Positions 41,800 to 57,764 of a stretch of DNA of 64,000 nucleotides are shown here, piece by piece. Under the pieces are notes generated by a model. That model did not search any database. It had not been told where the DNA came from and was given only the letters and a program-made list of their open reading frames with translations. The stretch is from positions 106,206,001 through 106,270,000 of the forward strand of contig OX597820.1 in the NCBI GenBank assembly GCA_951406725.2. Direction: 5' to 3'. A program made the translations under genes and the position numbers. Positions within the stretch are counted from its first letter, which is position 1. The number at the start of each line of letters is the position of its first letter. The stretch comes from Octopus vulgaris. Its lineage: Eukaryota.

Positions 41800-41962
41800 C
41801 AAATTTCTTTCAGTTTCCATCTATCAATTCTACTCACAAGGCTTTAGTCAAACTGAAGCTATAATAGTAGACACTTGCTCAAGATGCCACACAGTGGGAC
41901 TGAACCCAAAACCATGATGTTAGGCAGTAAACTTCTTAAGCATATGGCCACACCTGTACCTA
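41690..41962 (-). mobile_element. SINE family A variant
   Basis: TTTCTTTCAGTTTCC...GACACTTGCTCAAGATGCCACACAGTGGGACTGAACCC. Confidence 0.7.
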
Positions 41963-43237
41963 CAGGAATACACATACAGAAAATTGTATGTATTATTTAC
42001 CAACTGAACATGGAAGAGTTAGGTAAGGTGAAGGATAAACTTAGATTCCAACAAGAAATATAAGAAAGTCATTCCTTTTAGAGTAAAAGTGTGCGCATTA
42101 GCATTTATACTTTGAAAAGCTACCACTATGTCTAACACTTTTACATTTCACACCTCTTTATAATATCACTTGCCATATGTTTAGAGATGTTTTTCCCATC
42201 CCAGAGTGCTTTGTTTTTCCTGGGAAGCCAAGCCTCTTTCTTGGCCCCACATCACTCAGTCTTCAATTAATAAGGAAGTCTGTTGATTTTGTTCAGTAAT
42301 TTACAGAGGAAAAGTCTTCTTAGAATTAATGCTCTTTTAGGAGACAGTGCTTAGCTCTAGCTCTATAGTGTTAAGAGATTGAGAGATAAATTTCCCTTGA
42401 GAGAGTAACATGGTCTTTCGCAGATAACATTCCCAGATAATCTGGTGCCTATTCCTAATAGTTAGGTAAACAGCAATGCAATGAATTTTAGTGTATTACT
42501 TAAATGCACAATAAAACACAAGCAGTAAAGAAGCTTCACGAGCTTGTAGTCAAATACTGTGTCTAGCTAGTTGTTTCACTCCTGTTGTCTCCTTAGTGCA
42601 TTAGACTAGACATGCAATACTGCTATATAGAGTTCATTCATTAAAATCCATTATACATCATTAGTCATCTTAGATCTGAGAATAGCAATCAATGTATATT
42701 TCTCTGATGAGTGACCAGTCTCACTCCCCCATTGCTATCTACTTTTAAGTAAGTGTCATTTATAAAACTTCTATGAGTTGTCAGCTTTGCTTTTCTTGAT
42801 CAGAGTTAGTCATTAATGTTAATTCATCCCATTCAGTATCACTATAATCATTATCATCATCCTTTCAAGTCTATCTTCCATGCTGGCATGGGTGGAATAT
42901 TTTACAATGATCTAATGGGTCAGAGATCCACATCTTGCTCCAATGTTAGTTTTGGCATGGTTCCTACAGCTGGATGCCTTTCCTTAAGCCAACCACTTTA
43001 TAGAATGTATTGGGTGCTTTTTTTGTAGCACCAGCACTAGTGAGGTCACCCTGAAACTTGAAAGACTAAAAAGATCTCTCAAATAAGAGAGTAAGTTGGA
43101 AGGAGGAATGTTATTTTATGCAAGATGTTGAGAGATTAGAGTGAGTGGTTCAAATGGAGAGTTCAAAGTTCTGCTACAAACCCAGGTCATTAGAAACATA
43201 TCTCTTCTCAATACAAAAAAAGTGTGTAATATTAATG

Positions 43238-43662
43238 CTTTCTAATTTTTGCACAAAGCCAGCAATTTTAAGAGGAGAGGTTAAGTTGATTACATCAATC
43301 CCAGTGTTCAGCTGTTACTTTATTTTACCAACCCCAAAAGAATGAAAGGTAAACTTGACATTTGAACTCAGAACATAAAGAGTCTGAAGAAATTTTGCTA
43401 TGTATTTTTGTATGGATTCTGCCAGCTCACTACATTAGTATGTAATATTGGTTTCAAATTTTGTCACAAGTTCAGCAATTTTAGGGGAGGAGAAAGTCAA
43501 TACATTGATCCCAGTTTTCAGCTGGTACTTATTTTATCAACCTCTACAGGATGAAAGAGACAAAGTCACCTTGGTGGAATTTGAACTCATAGCGGAAAGA
43601 CAGATGAAATACTGCTAAGCATTTTGCCTGGCATGCTAACAATTCTATCAGTTTGCTGACTT
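43238..43662 (-). mobile_element. Two tandem diverged SINE family C copies
   Basis: Two TTTGAACTCA/GATGAAAG bodies. Confidence 0.65.
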
Positions 43663-44302
43663 ACTTTATTATGTAATATTAATAATAATATTAATATTAA
43701 TAAGAAACAATTAAGATAATATATTGACTGAATGTTTTCAGGAAAAAAAAAAAACAAGTCTAGAAAATTTATGGCAATAACAGTGTCAACAATAAAATTC
43801 TAAAATATTAATCTAGTGGTAAGACATTAATCAAATCTTATGTCAGTTAACTGGTATTTGAGTCTTATTGGAAGTTTTATAGCAAATACCCCCAGGGAGA
43901 TTTTAAACATAAAATCTTAGCTAAGGATGTTTATGTTGAAGTAAAATCATAAATAAATAAATACAAACATTAATATGATTGTATATACAAAAAAAAATTT
44001 GAGAAAGTAGGTTTTATGCTCGAGTTTGAAATTATATGTTCAGGTCTGATTAAAGTACTTTTTGATGTCCTACATAGATAGCTGTTTGGTCAATGTAGCT
44101 TTTAGTGTCTTTTGTTTGTCTTTTTGTTTTTATTCAGTTTTATTCTAACACAAAAAGTCAGTGGGGTTGGTGCAGAACTAATAACACATTCAACTAAACG
44201 TTCTATGGTATTTAGTTTCTTCTCTCCACACCACAAGCTTCTCAGACATTTTTTAACTATTGCTCCATTTATTTTACAAATGCTTTTCCAACAACCCCTT
44301 AC

Positions 44303-44760
44303 TACATCATCATCATCATCATCATCACTATCTTCATCATTTAACATCCATTCTTCCATGCTTGCATGGGTCGGATGGAATTTACTTGTAGCAGATTTTC
44401 TACAGCCAGAGAATCTTCCTGTTGCTAACCTTCACCTGTTTCCAAGTCATGTAATATTCCTCCATAGTCAGACATATTCCCATAGAATACTGGAACTGAG
44501 TGATACTGCTTGTATGGCGGTGACAATCATTTACAATTATTACCTGATGTCAAGACAAGGAGACACAAACACACTCGTTCACACATACGCACATATAAGA
44601 TGGGCTTCTTTCAGTTTCCATCTGCCAAATCCACTCACACAACTTTGGTCAGCCTGAAGTTATAGTAGAAGACACTTGCCTAAAGAGCCATGCAGTGGGA
44701 CTGAACCTGGATCCACATGGCTGGGAAGCAAACTTCTTACCACACAGCCACACCTGTGCA
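44303..44760 (-). mobile_element. SINE family A head with an alternative, RTE-like (GAT)n tail
   Basis: Family A head at 44600-44760; tail ends CATGGAAGAATGGATGTTAAATGATG. Confidence 0.7.
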
Positions 44761-44839
44761 TATTCAGCCCCTCCAGCACCTACAATTCAACAAAATTAAA
44801 TACACTACAAACAATTGCTATGTATTGGTAATCATTTAG

Positions 44840-45052
44840 ATGGTGAATTGACAGAATTCTTAGCACACCAGATGAAGTGCTTAGCAGCATTTCATCCATC
44901 TTCGTGTTCTGAGTTCAAATTCCACTGAGGTCAACTTTGCCTTTTATCCTTTCAGGGGTCGATAAAATAAATATCAGTTGAGTACAGGAGTCAAGGAAAT
45001 CAACTTACCCACCCCCAAACTTGCTGACCTTGTGCCAAAATTTAAAACGAAT
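44840..45052 (+). mobile_element. SINE family C
   Basis: GAGTTCAAATTCC core; flanked by TATTGGTAAYCATT (putative TSD). Confidence 0.75.
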
Positions 45053-45144
45053 ATATTGGTAACCATTAGAATACTTCTAGCATGTTAGTCATTTCATCAA
45101 TATAAGACAGAATGTCAAAACAATATTTCAACCACTAATAATTC

Positions 45145-45355
45145 TTTCTACTTTCTACTATAGGCACATGTCCTGAAATTTGCAGGAGAGGAATAGTTGA
45201 ATACATCGAACCCAGTACTCAACTGGTACTTATTTTATTGAACCCAAAAGGATGAAAGGCAAAGTCAACCATGGCAGAATTTGAACTCAGAATGTACAGA
45301 TAGATAAAATACATAAAATACTGCTATGCTAATGATTCTGCCAGCTTGTCGCCTT
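45145..45355 (-). mobile_element. SINE family C
   Basis: AAAAGGATGAAAGGCAAAGTC...GAATTTGAACTC...CTGCCAGCTTGTCGCC. Confidence 0.75.
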
Positions 45356-45499
45356 GTTTCAATCAGTAATAATGATTTCTGATTTAGGCACAATGCCAGT
45401 AATTTTGAAGGGAGAAGAACAGTAGATCTTATTTGTGTATATGAGGGCTCATACATATATGAAGAGGCATGGTAGATCTTGTATGTGTATGTGAGTGTA

Positions 45500-45856
45500 T
45501 CTCTATATATATAAAAAGTAAAATGTCTGTGTGTTTGTGTGTGTGTGTGCGTGTCCTTTATACAAATCCACAATTTTTCAGTTAGAGGGCTCGCACTTTC
45601 TATGGTCATTCAAAACCGTCAAAGGGTGGTCATGCACATCTTTACATTTCCCAAAGCCATTAAAAAATGAATAGAAGTGACTTTTTTGTGAATTTTCTAT
45701 CCAAAACCCAATCAAAATGCCCGAAACTTGATATGCCAGCAAGCTGTATGTAATTAGTCGAAGATTTGGACACTACTCGTGCATATGTGCACATGCACGC
45801 AGCTGTATATGCATGTACTAGCACTATGACCTGGCATTGCCGGGTCATAGTGCTAG
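45500..45856 (+). mobile_element. Short non-autonomous Helitron-like element with a palindromic 3' end
   Basis: A|TCTCTATATATATAAAA...(TG)n...ACTAGCACTATGACC-loop-GGTCATAGTGCTAG|T. Confidence 0.75.
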
Positions 45857-46366
45857 TATATATTAAAGAGGTATACAAGAATTGTACTTATATTTTTCTG
45901 TCTTTCAAATCCAATCACAAAGTTTTGGGCAGTCTAGGGTTATAAAATCGTATTAACCCCTTTTTATGCGATAAAACAATACATAGTTTGTGATCCTTCA
46001 GAAAGCACTTTCATGCAAACCCACGCAAATTGTACCCCACCCCTTCACTTTTAAACAAACAATAACTTCCATTATGCCATTAACTATATATCAGTGGTGC
46101 CAATTCTGGCCATAAGAAAGGAGCAAATAATACAATGTGCCTGTAGGTCATAACACCCAGGCAACGCCAGGATGCATTGTTAGTGTGTGTGTGTGTGTAA
46201 CAAAAGAGGGGGTGTATTTTCATGAAGGAAAAAAATATAGGCAAATTTGTTGAAAATGCACCTAAATTTGAAAAGCTATAGTAGAAGACATATATATGTA
46301 TGCATGCATGCATACACATATGTATGTATGTATGTATGTATGTACACACACAAACACACACACATT

Positions 46367-46485
46367 ATTCAAAACAGCTTGATTTGGATTCCATGCTACT
46401 TCAAGCTTTGAAGACCCTAACAGAGCCTTTCTTGTCCCTCCAAAGCTTGAAGTAGTATTGAATCTGAATCAAACCGTTTTGAATG
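46367..46485. repeat. Imperfect palindrome
   Basis: About 47-bp arms: ATTCAAAAC...CTTCAAGCTTTG and CAAAGCTTGAAG...GTTTTGAAT. Confidence 0.75.
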
Positions 46486-47679
46486 ATACATTTAACTGCC
46501 AATAAATGTGGTGAGTGACCTTTCTTTCATTTGTCCACTCACTCATATAGAATATATGCATATATTTATATGCATGTATGTATGTATATACAACCATACA
46601 TACACACACACACACACATACACACATACGTGTATACGTACACCCTCACATACCTATCCAAGATCTATCTACCATTTTACATGTGATGCAAATTACTTAG
46701 CTTCAGTCTCAGACTTAGTTATTTGCAAAGCGCCATAATGCCCAGTCAAGAGAGACTGAAACATAACACCAGTACCTTACAGATTCCTTTCATGCTCAAA
46801 ACTCTGGCACCTTCCATTCTTTACACTAAATCTCCTCTCCCTTTTCCTGCCTCCTCCTCCTCCCCTTGCCTGCTTCAGCTCCTCTTCCTTCTCCTCCTCT
46901 TCGCTCTCATCCTTCCGTTCCTCCTCCTCCTCCTCCCTCACTATTGCCCCACGCCCTTCACTATTTGTTCCTCTCATCCCAAACCAATCTCCTTTCATGT
47001 GTATATTATCAATGGCATGTGTATATATCCAAAATACACAGACACACATAGACACACACACACACATATATATGTGCACACACAGGCACACATTCTTACA
47101 CACACATACACATACATATACGTCATACACATGCACACATACACACACATACACATATAGACACATATGCATACACATAAAGTTGCAGAAAGTCTCATAC
47201 CATATACATACACACACGCACACACATACACATATACAAGCTCAGTATAAATACAAACACACACATACACAAATTTGTAGAAATTCCCTCTCTCTCCCTC
47301 ACAAACACACATACTCACACACTCCCTACAGACATCATCATTAGCAAAATAGTTAATGCATACCTGAATTCTACGATTATATGACTCTCCCCAACCCTTC
47401 CCCATCTCTCCATTCAGCACTACCATGCCCACCGCCACTGATGGAATTTCTTCAGCAGAGGTAACCTGAGACTATCACCCCCACCACCCACCCAATCAAT
47501 TCCACTCACAGATACAATCCTCAATTCCACTGCGACAGAATAAGGAGTTCATATCCTCTTGCTACATTGCTCTGCTCTTTCCATATCTTTCTCTGAGTGT
47601 TCATGTGTATGTGCATTATATAATATATATTACATGTGTATCCGTGTGTGTGCATCTCACTCTATATATATATATGTAT

Positions 47680-50664
47680 ATCATCATCATCATCATCATC
47701 ATTTAGCGTCTGCTTTCCATGCTAGCATGGGTTGGATGGTTCAATTGGGGTCTGGGAAGCCAGAAGGCTGCACCAGGCCCAGTCTGATCTGGCAGTGTTT
47801 CTACGGCTGGATACACTTCCTAACGTCAACCACTCTGTGAGTGTAGTGGGTGCTTTTTATGTGCCACCGGCACAGTTACCAGATGGCACTGGGAAACGGC
47901 CACGGTCGGATGATGCTTTTTACGTGCCACCAGCACGGGGGCCAGGCAAGGCTATCAACAGCCACGATCGGATGGTGCTTTTTATGTGCCACCGGCACAG
48001 TTGCCAGACAGCACTGGCAAACGGCTACGGTCGGATGGTGCTTTTTACGTGCCAACAGCACGGGGACCAGGCAAGGCTATCAACGGCCACGATCGGATGG
48101 TGCTTTTTACATGCCACCGGCACGGAGGCCCGTCGGGGCGGCACTGGCAACGGCCACGTTCAGATGGTTCGCTTATGTGCCACCGGCACTGGTATCACAG
48201 CTACAATTTCCATTGATGTTGATTGATTTCGATTTTGATTCTGATTCTCACTTGCCTCAACAGGTCTTCACAAGTAGAGTTTTTCTAGTTTTTCTCCCTG
48301 GAATGTGGCGGAAGTTGGTCTCTGTGCATTTTCAGTGTTTATTGCTCCTGAGCATCTGCCACATTCAAAAACTATCTTCCTAGTTAGCCTTCCTTTGACA
48401 TTGCTGCACCTCTTATGTGTCCATAGCTTACACTTGGTGCATCTTATAGAGTTTCTACCTACACCTTTTCTACAGATCGAGCAGGGCCATCTACCTGAAG
48501 GCGTTTGTGATTTGTCTACCTTCTTACTTATTAGGACTTTGGTTTTAGCTAGGTTGACTCTAAGGCCTTTCGATTCTAATCCTTGCTTCCACACCTGAAA
48601 CTTCTCCTCGAGTTCTGATAGTGACTCAGCAATTAGATCAAGGTCATCAGCATAGAGGTGCTCCCAGGGGCATCCTGTCTTGAATTCCTCCGTTATTGCC
48701 TGGAGGACTATGATAAATAGCAGGGGGGCTGAGGACTGAACCTTCGTGGACCCCAACATCTACCCGAAATTCTTCACTGTACTCGTTGCCAACCCTCACC
48801 TTACTAGCAGCGTCCCTGTACATGGCTCGCACAGCTCTCACTAACCATTCATCTATCCCTAGTTTCCTCATTGACCACCAGATAAGGGATCGGGGGACCC
48901 TGTCAACAAAAGCCAGGTACAGAGGTTTATCTTTGGATAGGTATTTCTCCTGCAGCTGTCTTACCAGGAATATAGCATCAATGGTGCTTTTCCTGGCACG
49001 AACCCAAACTACATCTCATGTAAACTGACTCTCTCTCTAATTAGTTGGGCTATGACCCTCTCTGTGACCTTCATTACTTGATCCAGCAACTTGATACCTC
49101 TGTAATTATTTGTATCTAACGCGTCACCTTTACCTTTGTAGCAGTTGACTATGGTGCTGCTACACCAGTCATTGGGTATGACTCCTTCGTGTATCACCTG
49201 GTTAACTATACGGGTAACTAGGCTATAGCCGACACCACCAGATATTTTGAGCATCTCTGCAGTAATTCCTGATGGGCCTGGGGCTTTTCCTGTCTTCATG
49301 CTTCTAATTGCCTTAACTACCAAGATACTGTCAACTCGGATAGCTGGTCCCTCTGTTCGGTCGACATTCGGCAGACTCTCTTTATCCCATTCATTTTCTT
49401 TATTCAGCAACCTTTCATAGTGGCGTCTCCAAACCTCTCTCTTTGCATCCTCATCTAGCGCAAGTGAACCATCATCCATGCAAACACATTTCTCTCCTAC
49501 CACATCACGATCCTCTCTCACACACTGTCTTGCAACACGAAATACCTCAAGTTTTTCATCCTCATGGTGCAGAACATTGGCAAATTTTTTCTTATCTGCT
49601 TCCCCTCTGGCTAAATACACCTGCGTCCTAGCCTCCCTTCTGGCAGTCTGATACACTTCCTTGCTACCACCGCTCTTCTAGTCCTTCCAAGCCTGTTTCT
49701 TTTGTCTAATAGCCCTGTCAACAATATTGTTCCACCACAACGTTATTTTGGGTCTTGAGGGGACTTTGCACCAACCACAGATCTGGTCGGTGGCTCTCTT
49801 AGAGACCTCCAGTTGTCTTCTACCCTGTGTGAAGCTATATCCCCTTCTATTTCGTCAAAGGTGTCAAGTAATATGTCTCTAAATCTCTGTCCATTCGCAG
49901 AGTCTTTAAGCTTCCAGACCCTTCTTCTCCATGTTGGTCGTCTTCTAGTCGTCCTCTTAGTCCTGATCCTAAAGTCACTAACTACCAGTCTATGTTGTGG
50001 GGTACATTCTTCGCCTGGGAAGGTTTTGGCATTTATAAGTAGCCATTTTCCCTGTTTCTGGCAAGGATGTAGTCAATTTGGCTAGTATGTCGGCCCGATC
50101 GGTAGGTGACTAGGTGGCTGGTAAGTTTCCTGAAGTTAGTGTTGCAAACCATAAGACTATTCGCATCGCAGAACTCCAGCAGCCTGGTTCCCTCCTCGTT
50201 GCAGGAACCATACCCGTAGCCTCCATGTACACCATGGAAGCCCTCAGCATGTCATCCAACATGCCCGTTGAAGTCCCCAGCCACAATGAGAAGGTCTCTG
50301 TCATTCGTCAATGAGGTAGTCTGCAGTAGGGTGTCATAGAATCGGTCTTTCTGTCCATCGAGTAGCCCTGGCTGAGGGTCATAGGCCGATATAATGGTTG
50401 CTAATCCATGATGAAGCAATAATCTAATATTAAGTATCTGTCGCATACTCTGATTACTTCAATTACCTTATCTATCCATTTTTCAGTGATAAGTATACCC
50501 ACACTCCCAACCCCGTCAGTGTTCCCTGCCCAGAAAATCTTGTACCTGTGTTCTTTGCCTGTGAGGAACCTAGCAGAACCTCCTCTCCACCTCACTTCTT
50601 GAATGCAGCACATACCAACACACCTCCATTCAAACAACTCAACAATCTCGCCAGACCTACCTTT
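47680..50664 (-). mobile_element. RTE LINE, ~3 kb, decayed (APE endonuclease, RT, PHD finger, 3' UTR)
   Basis: CIQEVRW, VAGDFNGHVG (APE); GKAPGPSGITAEML, NYRGIKLL, YADDL (RT); zinc finger. Multiple frameshifts and an internal deletion. Confidence 0.93.
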
Positions 50665-51727
50665 TACTCTGATGAAGCACCATGTTTTAATTCGAATGTC
50701 CTATGAAGATGAAGAACTTTATTGCCACAATTATTTATAGACAGCATTTGGCAATGGATCAGAAATGGGTGTAAGATTTGTCATGTCACCTATTTGTTGT
50801 GTCATGCTTTGTATTAAAAAATAAACTATAAATGTGGTCTAATCAATGTGTTTGTTAATCTGAGGTTTTCTCCATTTTCTGATTATATATATATATATAT
50901 ATATGTATACACATACACACACAATATACAGAAACATATATATATATATAAATATATATATATATCTTCAATGATTCATTAATTACAATTGTTTCTGTAC
51001 CAACTCTGTTTGCAATGCCAGTTTATGCATAAATTCAAAGCTGTATATATGTAATATGCATATACTTTAATACTTTTGGCTTACATTGCAGTCTTGCTCT
51101 TCTTTACTTCATGAGATTTCTGTGCCCCCTTTTACCGTTTTCTGAGGCATTGTAGTGCACCTGAGCACTGAATACTATAAGCTCACATACAGCAATATTT
51201 AACTGCCAAGTTCATGCCACCATGGTTTGAATGATAAACAGGAGTTGGAGGAGTACATCACATTCAAATATCCACCTAGGCATGGTTTTTACTTGTGGAC
51301 ACCTTAGATTACAAATTGTACTGGGAGTATTTTTTCATGGTACCAGCACCAGTGAAAATCACTTTGTAAATGGCAAATCAAGAGAACTAAAGTGCTTCCT
51401 ATAACTGAGGTGAAGCAGAAGAGATAAGATGCAATGATTCTAGGCAGGGTGATGAGGCAGGGTAAAGTAAGATGATTGGGATGTATATAATGTGTGTGTA
51501 TGTATGTGTGTGTGTGAGAGAGAGAGAGAGAATGGGAGATAGTGTAAAGGCTGTGAAATGGCAGTGTTACCAGCTTGGGCAACATGCTTAGCAGTGTTTC
51601 TCTGGGCTCTTTAGATTGTGTCTTTCATCCTTTTTAATTTTGATAAGATAAGTAATGGTTAAACACCGAGGGTCAATATAATTCAGTAGCCCCCGCCCTA
51701 AAAATTTCTGACCTTAGTAGAAAAGAT

Positions 51728-52967
<1,240 letters not shown>

Positions 52968-52973
<6 letters not shown>

Positions 52974-53320
52974 TATAATTATGAGTATAATTATAATTAG
53001 GTTTTCAGCAAAAATTTGCTTCACCATATACTGAAATTTAGAAATAGCAGTTAAAACTAACTATTTCACTACCATAAGAAAATCTTTCAGACATTTTCTG
53101 GGAGATTTTCTTATGGTAGTGAAATAGTTAGTTTTAACTGCTATTTCTAAATTTCGGTATGTGGTGAAGCAAATTTTGTTGAACCCTAATTATAATTATA
53201 CTCATAATTATAGAATTTTGTATAAGTTTACCGATAATGGTTCTTTTAACACACCGAACTACTTGATAAAATTATTAATCATGAATTAATTAATTAATTT
53301 TACCCTTTATTATTACTGAT
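52968..53320. repeat. Fold-back module between (TA)n tracts
   Basis: About 110-bp inverted arms at 52974-53086 and 53103-53212. Confidence 0.85.
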
Positions 53321-53406
53321 ATATATATATCTATATCTATATATATATAATTACAAATATTGAATTTCTAAATGTCTCAAAGAGACATGCGCGGTGGTGG
53401 AGCGAT

Positions 53407-53923
53407 AGAGTGGTTGTATACTGTCAACATAACGTGACAGTCCCGTAGAGGGAATTACACCACCGCTATTTAGCCCTAGGAAGCATCGACGCTTCCTGTC
53501 GGCTTTGACACATTTCTTATGTCCTTATATTTGCAAAGGGGAGGCAAGCACCCCCACCAGCTAGGATTAGCACCTGAAGACATGCATGTTTCTGGGTGTT
53601 GCCCGTCATCACTCCAGGTTAGCAAGTCCTGCTAGTTGACCAGTGAATAGATTTCACTGTAAATATATATATTTGCGAAGGCTAGGCAGGTATCTCAACT
53701 AGCAGGACTTACTACTCTGGACTGATGACGGGCAACACCCAGAAACATGCATGTCTTCAGGTGCTAATCCTAGCTGGTGGGGGTGCTTGCCTCCCCTTCA
53801 CAAATATAAGGACACAGGAAATGTGTCAAAGCCGACAGGAAGCGTCGATGCTTCCTAGGGCTAAATAGCGGTGGTGTAATTCCCTCTACGGGACTGTCAC
53901 ATTATGTTGATAGTATACAACCA

Positions 53924-53927
<4 letters not shown>
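53407..53927. repeat. Long palindrome (~232-bp arms) carrying hammerhead motifs
   Basis: 53407-53639 is the near-perfect reverse complement of 53695-53927. Confidence 0.9.
53717..53760 (+). ncRNA. Minimal type I hammerhead ribozyme
   Basis: CUGGA CUGAUGA C GGG CAACA CCC A GAAAC AUGCAU GUC UUCAG. Stem I CUGGA/UUCAG (one G-U), palindromic stem III ACAUGCAUGU, GUC triplet. C-A mismatch at the base of stem II. Confidence 0.7.
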
Positions 53928-53960
<33 letters not shown>

Positions 53961-55697
53961 CTAGCATTATGACCCATCGTTGCCAGGTCATAGTGCTAGT
54001 GCATGTATATATGTGTACATATTACATGTACATCTATATATATACATCTACACATAAAATACAAAATAAAAAATATCTTGATATCGCTAGTGATAACAAT
54101 ACTCAAAATATATAACAGACGGGAATTGTAGGCCCGTCTCTTGCGATTTCAATCAATTGGATTTTGTCCTCCCTCTTGTATAGAAGTGTGGCTACAATCC
54201 AGCCTACCTCTACATCTGGGGGGACATTTTTAATTTTTATCCGGGACGTCCTACGTCCCAGATATAAAATTAAAAATAAAATATTTCCACTTTGCAAGGT
54301 TCAAGTTGAGTACTCCCTTGCACGCTCCGTTGACTTGAACCTTGCTTCTATTGTGGTGAATTTACCACCTCTGGTTAGATATCTTTCATAGTCGCACCAA
54401 GACACTTTTCAATGGTGCTTTCCTCCAGGTGTTCAAATCTTTTTTTTACTCTACATTGTATACTTTATAGACAATAGTCTTTTCTTTAATTTAATTTTTT
54501 ATTTTGTTTGGTGGTGTTATCCTAGATTCACCGTCTTTGTCGGTGATCAATCCAAAATAGGTTTGTATTTCTTCCATTTTAATTTTAATGAGTTCGTGTC
54601 CACCAACGGCTGCAGCGAAATTCATTTTTGGAGTTTCTTCTATCGAAGGCATTCTAAAAAAAATGCTTCCGTGTAAACGGTGAAAATATTGCCAATTTCC
54701 CCAAACAAGGACACAATTCAATTTTTAAACAATAACCAAAGCTCCTTCTCCCAAAGGGGGAGGGTTACAGTTTACAATTATTTAACAAATGTAACACAAC
54801 AACGTTTCTCTTACGAGGAACCAACAAACGTGATAACAATAGTTAAACAGTAATAATAATAACAACAAACCTTACGGTGAATCAAAAAGCAGTATGCAGT
54901 TGAAGCTATAGTCCTTTATGTATAAGAAATAAACCAACAGAAGTACTCAGTAGAAGCAGCTGTTCGAGAAAACAGACATTACATACAGCCAAACTTCACA
55001 TAGATACTTAATGCTAGCTAATTAGCAGATAATCTAATGTAAAAGGCATGGTAAACGATATGTGCACACCTCCATCTGGACTATTCCATTTCTGCACGCT
55101 AATTTTATTTTTATTCCCATTCATGTGAAACCACTTATTCAAGTTCAAATCATTGATGCAATTTTATACCAATTGCTATTTTTACTTTTGTTATGTTACG
55201 ATTATATTATACTTTAGTTTGATTTTAATTATTACTTACTACATATAATTCAATTGTTATTATTATCTCTAATTTTTATTGTTAAAGTAAAAGTATTTGA
55301 CATAAAATAGAGAAATGTTTTTGTTTCACTTTTAACACGTAATACTGAAATAGTGGAGAAGATATGATATTGCTATGGGCTCGCCCTAGGCAAGAAGTTG
55401 AACATTTTTTTTGCCCATGAAACTACATGGACCCTAAGTAAGGCATGTGTAAAATTTGAATGAAATTGGTTGTGTAGTTCTCAAGTTTTAGGGAATCATA
55501 TTGGAGAAGATATGATATTGCTGTGGGCTCGCCCTAGGCAAAAAGTAAAAAATTATTTTTGCCGATGACACTCCTTGGACCCTAAGTAAGGCATTGTAAA
55601 ATTTGAATGAAATTGGTTGTGTAATTCTCAAGTTTTAGGGAAACACACTGACAGACAGACAGACAGACACACATTCTCAGTTTTATATATAGAGAGA
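53961..55697 (-). mobile_element. Non-autonomous Helitron-like element with ~148-bp internal tandem repeats
   Basis: 3' hairpin is the same type as 45818-45856. Minus 5' TCTCTCTATATATAAAACTGAG. Two ~148-bp units at 55355-55640. Confidence 0.7.
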
Positions 55698-55703
55698 TAC
55701 ATA

Positions 55704-57039
<1,336 letters not shown>

Positions 57040-57119
57040 GATAGAGATATACACACACACACACACACAGAAAGATAAATTGAAATATACAACTGAGTGG
57101 GCAAACAAAAATATGAGAC

Positions 57120-57456
57120 ACAGCCTAGTGCTTTTTTTATGTTGATAAGCCTGGTACTTATTCTATTAGTTTCTTCTTGTGAAACCAGTAAGTTATGGGG
57201 ATGTAAATAAACGAAAACCAGTTGTGAGGCAGTGATGAGGGAGAAGCACAAAGACACACACATAGACTTACATATATACATGCATATGTATATACTATTG
57301 ATTTCTTTCTGTTTCTGTCTACAAAATCCACTGACAAGGCTTTTGTTGGTCTGAGGCTATAGCAGAAGACACATGCCAAGTTACCACACAGTGGGACTGA
57401 ACTGAAGACCATGTGTTTTGGAACCAACTTTGTTACCACATAGCCACACCTGCACC
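57120..57456 (-). mobile_element. SINE family A, diverged
   Basis: Head and tail homology to 3240-3628. Confidence 0.75.
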
Positions 57457-57695
57457 TATGTATGAGTGTGTGTGTGTGGGGGGGGTATGGGTGCATATAT
57501 GTATGCATGTATATACGTGTATATATATGTGTACATATTACATGTACATCTATATATATACATCTAGACATACATGTATACACATACATGTATATCTATA
57601 GAAATACATCTATACATATACAGCTATACATATACATGTATACATATACAGCTATATATATATACATGTATATATATATATATACATCCATATAT

Positions 57696-57751
<56 letters not shown>

Positions 57752-57764
57752 CCATATACATACA

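Noticed and set aside
42704-42730. CTGATGA followed by a small hairpin (GTGA...TCAC)
   Set aside because: No GAAA follows and there are no stems I or III. The CTGATGA at 9931 and 50669 likewise lack the rest of the fold.
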